DNA of 64,000 nucleotides from Lama glama (taxonomy: Eukaryota): NCBI GenBank assembly GCA_028534125.1, contig CM052816.1, positions 12,402,001 to 12,466,000 of the forward strand, read 5' to 3'. How positions within the stretch are numbered: position 1 is the stretch's first letter; every line of letters begins with the position of its first letter. The notes beneath the pieces were generated by a model. The model did no database searches. It had not been told where the DNA came from and saw only the letters and a list, made by a program, of their open reading frames with translations. Position numbers and translations under genes: made by a program. Below are positions 53,381 to 64,000 of the stretch, piece after piece.

Positions 53381-54957
53381 CTCTTTTTGGTGGACACATT
53401 ATTCAACATCACAAGGATTTTCTACTAGAAACATTTCAAAAACACTAAGAAGCCAAAAGGGTTAAAGTATTGACTTCGAGATGTGATAGTCCCAGGGTTT
53501 CCAGCCCTTCAGTAGCTTTAGAAATTAATCAACTGATTAGACAACTTGAAAATGTAGATTTTCATGGGTCTTTTATCATTATATTTATAAAAGAAACCTC
53601 AGCTCCCTTCCCCATGTTCACTGGAGAGAAGTGAAAATAAAGTAAATGAAGGCTGAAGAGTTCTGGCACCCTTCCTGATGTCAGGGTATGTCACACCCCT
53701 CCGCCGGCCTTCGTTCTACCCGGGCTGCCCTGGCAGCAATCAACAGTGTTTGAAGTACGCACTTAATTAGCACAGGAAAAAAAGCCCTTTGCCAGATGAG
53801 TAAGATTTAACATTTGCCAATACTGCTTAAGGAATTTTCAATAACCAATCAGTATGTGATACCTCCTCAAAGGGGTAAAATCAAAATACAACAATCTATG
53901 GCTTATTGATAAAAGCAAACATAAATTTCTGTTGAACTTCCTGGTGGAAGAAAAAAAAAAGCCAAATTAACCTAGAGCAGTGGTTTAAGAGCCAGAGAAC
54001 ACTGTGATTTTTTTGAGAATCACAGATAAAAAAAAAAAGAACTGTCTTGGAACATTTATAAGTCATAAACGGCTTTGAAGTCGAAGGTAACCAGAAAAAC
54101 TTCGGACCGTGAGAAGCACAGCCATGAGCAGGCCAACCGGGGTGTGATGCAGAACTCGCCGTGGGCAGGCCCAGGCAGAGCCACAGAGTGAGAGACCCAG
54201 AAGGGATCTTCCAGGCCACTGAGCACCCTTGTTTTACAATAAGGAAAGAGAAAGGGGCCCAGCAGTGCTGTCAGAGCCCAGGTGCAGGTCTCGAGCCCCG
54301 TCTGGGACCTTGTAGGCCAAATCAAACCCAACTGGGGAGGGTTTCCTATCTCAACAGTCCATCATCTGGGGAAGAAAAGCTCTCAGGAAGAGTTCATTAC
54401 TGAGCACAGTGATTAACACAGGACAGAGCAGGGTGGAGAAAGCAGATTCCTTTAATATGACCACAAGCCTAATGGACAGAGAGAGACAGACAGACACTAA
54501 GTGATGATAACGCTGACCTACATTTACACCCACCCTATGCCATACACAGGGCTGGACGCGTTACCTGCATCGTCGCACCGATCTTCACAACCAGTAAGGA
54601 GAGGTAAGAAATTACAGTGCCAGATTCCTGCCTCCTTGTGGGGGAAGAGGAGGTGAGGGGAAACCTAACTTCCCCAGGTGCCAAGGGCTGACATTCCATC
54701 ATAAAGATACACTCAGAATCAGCCTCTAAGAGGCCTACTTTTTAACTGCATATACCGTTGACAGAAGAATTAGTGTGACACCTCTGTATGAATTTGTTGA
54801 TCACAGTGCTTGGACCTGACAGAAGCCTGGAAACTCACATTAGTGAGTAACGCCTGGCAGATGACATTAACGAATTATGAACTCCTACCACACGTCATGC
54901 ACAAGGCTAAGTGCTTCACAAACATTGTTATTTTATTCAAGTAACAACACTCTGAGG

Positions 54958-55112
54958 CAGAGTTTCTAAACCTCAGTACCACTGATGCTGGGGCTGAATC
55001 CCGTGCGCCGTAGGATGTGTGCCAGCATCCCTGGCCTCTACCCATTAGCTGTCAGTAGCACCTCTGCTCCTCAGTCAAGACAACGAAAGTCACCTCTAGC
55101 TGAGAATCACTG
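54958..55112. mobile_element. Internally deleted MER20 inserted into a MIR
   Basis: cagagtttctaaacctcagtacc...cagcatccctggcctctaccca...gagaatcactg; MIR sequence on both sides. Confidence 0.75.
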
Positions 55113-55619
55113 CTCTAGGGTAAATATTACTCCTATTTTATTGATGAAGAAACTGAATTTCATAATTTTTGACTAATTTGCCCATGAGTCACAAAGCTGA
55201 TCTAAGGCGAAACTAGGACTGATATTTAGCAGGTCTAGTTCCAAGACTAACGCCTGTTCCATCAGTATGCGTGATGCTTCAGTGAAACGGTGTCTTTCTG
55301 AAAAGAGTTTACTGGGCAGAGATCCAACCATTTCACTCCCTATGAGGTCCAAAAGAAGGCCAGTGAAAGGGAAGGAAGGAAACTGAGTTGCCTTTTCACT
55401 TTTCATAAAATGCAAAGAGCACCTATTTTCCACCTGCAGATGATAGCAGAAAAGAAAGATTTACAGAATTTAGCAGCTCAGCCTGAACATGTATCTCTGC
55501 CAACTGGACACTGACTAATTACCATTCTTTTAATTAGGATTTCAAAATCGGACAAAGGCGACTTTAACCTGAGATTCTCCCATATAGCCACAGCCTAAAT
55601 GCATAGCATGTAATAATCA

Positions 55620-56040
55620 CAGACAACGTTTAATGGGTGTTTACTAACAAGCCGAGAGTTGTTATGCATTTTCCTTGCAGAATCTCATTTGCGATCTACA
55701 ACATCCCTATGAAGTAGGCTCTCCTGTCACCCACACTTTATAGAAGGGTGGACTGAGGCACAGAGCAGTGAAGCAACTAAAATGAAGTCTTTAAGAGACG
55801 AGCTGTGTGCCGACATGGACAGTCTGACTCCAGAATTCCCATAGCGAGGCAGGCAATAAAGCCCAGTGGTTCAGAACCTGGGCTTAGAGTCAGAGAAACA
55901 GGAAGAAGGCACAACTCTGCTGGTGACTTGCAGTTTCTCCATCTGAAAATGTTGGAAATAACAACATCGCTCTGGTAGGAGGGTTAGAATCAAATGATAT
56001 TTGTCCACAGCATGATCACAACACCTCAAATAGGTTCAAT
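55620..56040. mobile_element. Two MIRs (minus then plus)
   Basis: actgaggcacagagcagtgaagcaact; cagtttctccatctgaaaatg. Confidence 0.6.
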
Positions 56041-56899
56041 GTCCAACACATAATTTAAAAAAAGAAAGATTGTTGATTACTTTGATACCCAAATTGAAAA
56101 TGTTACTGTCAATCACAGTTGTAAACTATTTAAAGGGTAATTTTAATAAAGATACCTTTATAGGCAATCTCCTGTTTTTGTTTTTCTTTCAATTGACAGT
56201 CTACCCAAAGCCCATCTTCCCATCACTTATCCAATATCTCTACTTTCTACTCTCATCACCTACCTACCAAAGAATTGATCCCATGTACATAACTGATAAT
56301 ATTTAGGAAAACATGGCTGATGAACAAATCCATTAAAAGAGAAATTTTTCTCCTCTTGGCTCTGGAGCAAGGATTGCCATTCATGACATGCATTGGCTCT
56401 AAGAGCAACAAGAATTCCTGAAAGAGGGGGTAAATTGTGCACTGTGATGATAGTTCATTGATACTCCTTTATATACGATTTGCCTTTTTTGGTTAAATCA
56501 TATTAATTACACATAATGCACAACTTCATAAGATTGCCCAATGCACCCTTCTTATAGGAAGCAATATCCTTCAACTGTGGAGCCCACCATAACCTCTATG
56601 GTTAATTCACTTAAAACCGATATTCAAGTGGATTGACTGATGTACCCAGTAAGCAATGAAAGAAAAGGAGTGCTACCAATATAAAGTAGCACTAATGATT
56701 CCCAGACCAAAGGGGATAGAAAATAAATATTATGATTCCTCTGATAACCATGGGAAAGTTAGACCGAAGTTCTACATTGCTTGGTTTCTGGTTATAAGAT
56801 ATATTTTCCCCTTTGCATTAATAATTACACCTTTAGTAACATACTCTTAATTGTTAAGATTTGGAAAATAGATGGGGAAAAAACTTAGAACCAGAAGAG

Positions 56900-57724
56900 T
56901 GGTGTAAGGTAAGGGTCAAATTTCATCCTTCTGCATGTGGTTATAAAGTTTTCCCACCACAACTTATTGCAGAGACTAGCCTTTCCCCAGTGAGTGTTTT
57001 GGGCTCCCTTGTCAAATATGAGTTGACTGTATGTGTGAGAGTTTATTTTTGGGCTCTTGATTCTGTTCCACTGGTCTGTGTCTATTTTTATGCTAATGCC
57101 ATACTGTTTTGATTATTATCACTTTGTAATGTAATCTGAGACCAGGGAGTGTGATGCCTCCAGCTCTGTTCTTATTCCTTAGGATTGCTTTGGTTATGCA
57201 GGGTCTCTTGTGGTTCCATGTAAATTTTAGGATTTTTTTCTATTTATGTGAAAAATATCATTGGCATTTTGATAGAGTTTGCATTAAATCAAAATGGATT
57301 AAAGTATTAAACATAAAGCCTAAAACCATAACACTCCTAGAAGAAAACATAGGAGTAAAGTCCTTGATAACTGGTCATGGCAATGATTTTTTTTTTTTTT
57401 TTGGGATGTGACACCAAAAGCACGAGCAACAAAAGCAAAAAATCAATCAAGTGGGACCATATCAAACTAAAAAGCTTTTATACAGCAGAACGAACAACCA
57501 ACAAAATAAAAAGGCAACCTATGGAATGGAAGAATATATTTGCATACAATGCATCTGATAAGGGGTTATTAACATGTAAAATATATTAAAAAATTCATAT
57601 AACTCAATTGCAACAAACAAACAAAATAAGCAAACAATCTGATTTAAAAATGAGCAGTGGAACTGAATAGATTTTTTTTTCTCAATGAAGACATACAAAT
57701 GGCAAAAAGATATATGAAAAAAAA
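56900..57724 (+). mobile_element. L1 ORF2 fragment with 5' inversion
   Basis: 56900-57289 antisense (tgatgcctccagctctgttctt); 57290-57724 sense (aaaatggattaaag...ctagaagaaaacatagg...gaagacatacaaatggc). Confidence 0.85.
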
Positions 57725-58234
57725 GGGACTAGAGGATTTGGGAGGATGGAGGTAATTAGTGAAATTTGGGAATTCTTACGGGCCTGTAAAATGTCCAAAT
57801 TGATAAATCCTGCTCTCTCCCTGCATCAACAGTATTTCAAATTCCCTTTTCCCAAGACTCTCCTCTAATTCTATACATACCCCTTGTTTCAATAACTCTC
57901 TGTGACATACGTGCATCCATACAGTTATATAGCGTGGTATATAGAATTACATGGTGCAAAAGAGAAAGCTGACCTTGGCAAAGTGAATATAGGGTATCTT
58001 AATTTTTTTTGTAAAATAATTTATTTTACTCTTTGTACTCATCTGGTCTTTCATTAAACTATAAGTCCCTAGAAAGTAAGTTCCCATTTGAAAGAGTTCT
58101 TGGCTGAAAATTATGCTCATTCCATTTTGACAATGACTTAGCAGGAGAGAAGAAATTATGAAACCGAGTGGTTGTGCAACACAATAGATTAGGGAGCCAT
58201 TTCCATTGATTATACCTCATTTGATCCTCACATT

Positions 58235-58880
58235 TGTTCACTCAGCACTAAATTAATACTTGATTGCACTCTTAGGCAATGGGTACCCAGGTGGCCACAG
58301 GGATTTTGTGTTCTAGTAAGGAAGATAAACAGCTAACAAGTAAAATATAAAATTTCAGGTAGTGAGGGCTACACAGAAAATAAAACAAGATAATATGATG
58401 GAGTGAGTTGGAGAGAGAGAGTTGCAATCAATAGAGTGGTCAGACAGTATCTCCAAAGAAGCTGATATTTCAGAGAGGGCCTACTGTCCAAAAGAAGACA
58501 GCCTGTGAAGACCAGGTGTAAGTCATTACAAGCAAAAAATCAGAGGAGAAGGTCCTGAGATGTGAATAAGACAGAATGTGCAAGAAACAGAAAGAAGACC
58601 TGCATGGCTTGAAAATGTTGAGAGGAGAAATGATGGAAAACCAGGTTGGAGAGCGAAACAGGGGCCAAACTGTACAGAACCTCAAAGGCTACAGCCAGGA
58701 GTTAGGATTTTATACCAGGGAAAAAGGAATGATGGTTTTAATAGAGGAATTACAAGATGTGATTGATTTTCATTATGAGCTTACTCATGGTGCTCTCTAG
58801 AGAACAGATTGTAGGTGAGTGAGAATGGAGGTAGGGAAGCCAGGTAGAAGGCTGTCATGGAGTCCACGCATGGACTCATG
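58235..58880 (-). mobile_element. L2 fragment
   Basis: tgttcactcagca...gagttaggattttatacc...tagagaacagattgtagg...gtagaaggctgt. Confidence 0.6.
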
Positions 58881-59889
58881 ATGGTGACTGTCAAGCATGG
58901 AGATGGAGAGCAGGGACCCTGTGAGAGAGATGCCCTTATTCCCATTTTACAGATGAGGAAAGTGAGGGTCAGGAAAGCAAAGGATTTGTCCAGGCTGGGT
59001 ATTAGAATGGAGGATGATTCTGTTTCTGTTTCTTTTAAGTCCCGTTCTTCCCTGTTACGTTATGGCTGTGTCAATGGTTAAGGCATCCTGATATACTGAT
59101 TATTCAAATCTTCAGCAATCAATCAGTTTTTGACAGAAGATGTCTCCAGCTCTATCCTGTATATCAGAACACATACTTGGTTAGTCCTTCTGCTGATCTG
59201 CACCTGCTGGGGTTGTTTGATTGACTTCACAAACTAGAAGCCTGGAGTTTAATTCCACAATCAGGAATCATTATGTTGTTTGTAAACAATGACAGACTAT
59301 GATAAATATGCATTCCGGTTAATTACTGCCTTCCCATGTGCCTTCTTCACTTCCTCATTTCCATCATTCTGTCACATCTTAATACCTGATTGTGTGTCCC
59401 CTACAACAGGGAGAGAGAAAATAGCTGCAAACACACTGAAATGCAAGAAGACAGCCCTGCATCCTGTCGGGTTCTTGGGAACACAAGCCAAACCTGAAGT
59501 TCAAACACTATTGAAAATTAACAGGTTTTCAGTGTGTTCAGCTTCCATCATTCCTTTGGTTCGTACTTCAGGTTTATATTCAAGGGACAGTTTCTAATAG
59601 ATTTCTGAAGATGAAATAAGAAACAGTAAACCAAATTCTATTAAGGTCTAAGACATTTACCTTTTTTCCCCTTCCTTTTATTTTTTAAACAGCAGGACCA
59701 AGGAGTAGTTAGTAAACATTCCAGAATGGGGTTCCTTTAGCTACAGAACAGCAGCCTCTGTAGCAGAATTCTTGGAACAGAGAAAGAAGTCCCCATATGG
59801 TTTATTAAATATCAACAATTCACATAAGGTATAGCACAGGTGTTGTACAAGTGAAGCTGCAGTGCATGAGAAAGGCAGTTTCACACGGT

Positions 59890-60080
59890 GGTGATGAGCT
59901 TGGGCTGTGACATCAACAGACCTCAGCGTCATCGCACTTCTACTTGTCACTGGTGTGACCTGAGCACGTTGCCCAGCCTCATTTTGCTCACCTGCAAAAT
60001 GGGAGCAATAGCAGTACCTGCCCCATGGGATTGTTTAAGAGGTAAATGGAAAGAGTTTGGTGCTTGGCCCCCGAAATAAA
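59890..60080 (+). mobile_element. MIR SINE
   Basis: ggtgtgacctgagca...ctcacctgcaaaatgggagcaatagcagtacctgccccatggg. Confidence 0.7.
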
Positions 60081-63000
60081 TGTATTTGTAATCCGTGTTA
60101 GTGGTGCTTATTATAATTAGTATACTATAATTAGAAATATATTATTTACTAATTACTAATATTGCTTATAATTTTTTATTATTCCTTATTCTGTTTCTCT
60201 CATGTGAAGAGAATGAATACATACAATATGAGTCTTTTTCCCCATCAGTGGAGTTAGCCTTGCCCTACTCTGCCAAACACAAGTCCATCTGACCAACCCC
60301 ACAGGTGGGAAGCCTGGATTTCAGGGTATTACCCTGAGCTAAGATGCCCTGGTTACATGGGCAGGTGGTGTACTGCACGGGTCATGGTACAAAATCCCTG
60401 ACCCAGCCCTGATCGGGTACCAACAAGTTATAAGATGTTGGTCAAATTCCTAAAATCCCTATATTTTTCTCATCCCTAATTTTCACAGTATTATTACCCT
60501 ACTTACACCTTGCTAGGTTCTCTCTGTCAAATGAGAATATTCATGAAGATATTTTGCAACATAATAATAATTATCACAGCACATAAATTTAAGGTAGGAT
60601 CTGTATCTCTGATACTGTTACCGTTCTATTTCTCAGTCTTCAGTTTGGCCTCATTGGCACCAGACTGTCTTCTTTGCAAGACAGAAGGGACTCTTTATCT
60701 GGGATTTGATTCTCTGCTTAACCTGGTCTTCTTCCCACACCCTTTATTCACACCTAAGCATCTGTACATAAAATTTCTTGCCTCATTGACATTATTCAGA
60801 CTGTCCTTTCTGCCCAAACACCTTCCCCGTCCCCTCTTCCCTCTACCTGGGTAACTCATCAAGGAAGAGTCAGCTTAATTGCACCTCCTCCAGAAAGTCT
60901 CCTGATTCCCACAATGCCCAACCCAATGTCCCTAGAGGCTGAGTTACCTACCCCTCGTCTGCCCTTTGACATGGGGCTCCTCTCCCGTGCATATAAACTA
61001 CGGTGCTGCACTCTGTAAGTGGCTCCCACATCAGACCCTGGGTCTCTTACCAGCAGGGACCACACTGCTCCATCTTCTGTCCCCACAGAAAAGCAAAATA
61101 TTTGGCATACGAGGGCCACTCCACCCTGGTCATTTGAGTGACCAAGTAGATGCAACATCCTTTAATCAACTAGGCCATCTGGCCACAGATTCATTAAGTA
61201 CTCATGACATTTACATACATATAGTCCAGTGATTATTGCCTTTCCATTACAAGTTTGTACTTCATCTGAGCATAGCTTCATTTGTTTCCTCAACCATCTC
61301 ACTTAAGCTTCAAGTTCACTTTCCATCTATGGCTATGTGTATATTTTATTTAGAAAATTTCTGCATTCTCCCTCCTCTCAGATCTTCAAATACAACTCTT
61401 GAATAAAAACTCTGTATAGCACAAGGTGTAAAAGAATATCGAGGGAAGGACCATTTCCAGGTATCTTCACAAATGCTCGTCCTTACAGTCATTGTAAGAG
61501 ATTGATTGTTTTACATTCACCAAGAAAAAAAAGAGATGGGGGTACAGTACCAAAGAAAGTGTGGCCAAAATGAATTCAAAAGCCTAGATCTACCAGGCTC
61601 TTGATTTATCACATAAAAAATACATTCACTCATTAAGTGAAGTCGTTGAATCATGCATTAAGGAAAATGAAGAGTAAATCTGAGACCATGGCAGTGTACC
61701 TTCCTCAACTGAATGGAAAATAAGCAAGAGGCGTTTGATACTCAAACTGCACTGTAACATGGTCCTAGGGAGTCTAGGTACATCATGTTGGGGGCGAGAA
61801 GGGGACGCACAGACAGGAACAAAGTGATAGAGTAAGGCAGAGAGAAGAAAGAAGTACACAGTGAGTTGAGGGACAGGTTATGTTTCAGTCACAGTTAATT
61901 TTAGTTAAAAGCACACACATACTTTAAGTTAAAATGTTAGTGTTAAAGGTCGAAAAGTCACACACTATCCTCTTGCTATCCCTATTGACCAAAACCCCAG
62001 TAAGATTATGCTTTTTTTTTTATTGTGTGTGTGAGAGAAACACATAAAGAATTAAACATAGTGAAAATATATAAAGAGCTTAAAATAGTGTATGCATATA
62101 CAGAATTAGTGTGCCTCTTTAGATATGCTTAGAGAAAAAGGTGATGCTCCAAAAACATACTCCTGCTCCTATTATTTGAAGATGATGTGTGTACTGTATA
62201 TTTATTGCAATGGGTAGAGGATGATGGAAGTTTGGCACAATTTAAAAATGTCATAATAGGAGATATGGCAATGACTTACGGTTTATCTTTGAATCAAGCT
62301 TGTGTTTATAGCATTTCAAATGTGGGGATAAGCTTCCCGTCTGTAATGCTGCTGCAAGAGAATCAGGCATGATGCAGGGCACCAAGCAATAATGCCTGGA
62401 GAACGGAACCTAGGTGCAGGCACTCTCAGCTCGTGCACCACCAACCTATGGGAGTCCCTTTCATAAACACCACAGGCTGTCAAAGACTCCGCTTCAATGC
62501 TTAAATGCTCTCTGAACACTGCCAGTCCTACCTAGAAACATGCCTTCCCTTCCTTCACCCCACCAGTAAGCTTTTAGACTGCTACAGTCCCCTGCTCCGT
62601 CATTCAGCCATAACGGCCCTCCAAACCCAGCTCTCTCCATTCCATGACTGGTTCAACCAGTCTTGCCCTAGCCATCCCATCACCTAGCCAGGGGGATCAG
62701 AGCAGCTGGGCTTTGCCCCACAGCCCCACACCAAACTGCATCACTATCGTCCTCATTGAACTTCCTTCTCTTTTCCCTCTCGACCTTCTCTTGGTCCCCA
62801 AATTATCTGCCACCGTAATCTCTCCCACAGCAAGAGAATGCTCTATTCCCTAGTAAAAGCAGGAACTGTTGCAGAAGTTGAAATGTGCCTCCGTCTTGTC
62901 GTGTGGTGCTGGGGTACCACACTCAGTAACCCATTAGGTATGAAAATGGGTTTTGGCTAAGGGGAAGTAGTCTCCCACTTCGGAAGGGAGGGGGTCACGT

Positions 63001-64000
63001 AGAAGCAGAAGAAAGTTGAGTGAGACTCTCCCAATTGCCCCTCCCCCATCTGCTCCAGGCTCAGCACTGTGCATACCCCACAGTGTTGCCATGCCGAAGG
63101 AAAGGAAGAAGGGCCTGCGACAGCTTACTGGGAGATGCTGCAGTCGGGGCCACCCGAGGCAGCAGGCAGCTTATGACCTCGTAGGACCTATGCTTGCACC
63201 AATTATCTCAAAACTTAAGGGCTCCAGATACGCTCTCAAATGTAAGCACTCTGAGACCAAGAAATTGCTGTCTCTGTTCTACTGCTGTATCTGCAGTGCC
63301 TACAGGAATATCTGTACACGGTAGATACCAACCCCCAAATTTCAATTTTGTGAATCAATGTCTTGCACTGGCTTTGGCCATTATATTTGTATTACCATAT
63401 TCCTCTTTCAGGAAAGCTTAGGATGAACAGTCTTTGTATCTCCAGATTTCCCTAAAGAAGTTATCAGATATTCAACGATACTTTCTTCTTTATTGGAAAA
63501 AAAATTAATAAAAATAGTTACTTTTACGTAGCGTCCTCAGTGAGGATAAACAAAGATCCAAGTGCACCCTTCTCAGAATGAAGAGCCCTCATTATTGCAC
63601 CAAAGAAATAGCTGACACTTTTGAAGTCTGCATGAGAAATGCGTTCAGACGTTTTGCCTGCTTGCCAGGTACCGGCACTCCTGAAGAACAGAGGGAGTGA
63701 TGCTGAGCGCAGAGCACGCCTCAGATGAGATAATGGAGCTCTGAGTGGGTACTTTTATCACAGGTCACGTCTGCCCAGGAGCAGCTATGAAAGGGGATGA
63801 GAACCTTTCGTCTCAGCTCCGACGCAGAGGTCTGGTTGTGAACAAAATCGCTCAGATGATGAGGTGCAGGGTCCCCCTCATCTCACATGCTTGAAAAGAA
63901 AAAGGAGGAAATCTCAAGCAGCAGGTTGAAGCTGCTGCACTGCCTTCGAAGCACGGTAACCTCAAAACACAGTGTTACAGAGTCGGGACGCACAACAAAA

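Overview
Mammalian genomic DNA (AT-rich, CpG-depleted, full of MIR/L2/L1/LTR/hAT relics). A tRNA-derived SINE of the camelid Vic-1 type suggests a camel, llama or alpaca genome. The only convincing protein-coding sequence is the last coding exon of KCTD16 (GABA-B receptor auxiliary subunit) on the minus strand, 45654-45200. Positions 45655-64000 are its last intron, and a probable ~11.5 kb 3'UTR runs down to ~33690, with proximal and distal AATAAA signals. The most unexpected element is at the left end: a CpG island with a TCT/5'TOP-type promoter (TCCTCTTTCC initiator, TCTCGCGAG, GC boxes, CCAAT). It fires on the minus strand into short, apparently spliced exons with no recognisable protein, like a snoRNA-host lncRNA or microprotein gene. 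Other points of interest: the KCTD16 last-exon acceptor is also a consensus donor (CAG|GTGAGC), a degenerate 48-bp tandem repeat rich in palindromes, two 5'-inverted (twin-primed) L1 insertions, and an RE1-like site inside a MER20. Repeat family names come from recalled consensus sequences and their boundaries are approximate. I cannot demonstrate a new biological system from sequence alone.
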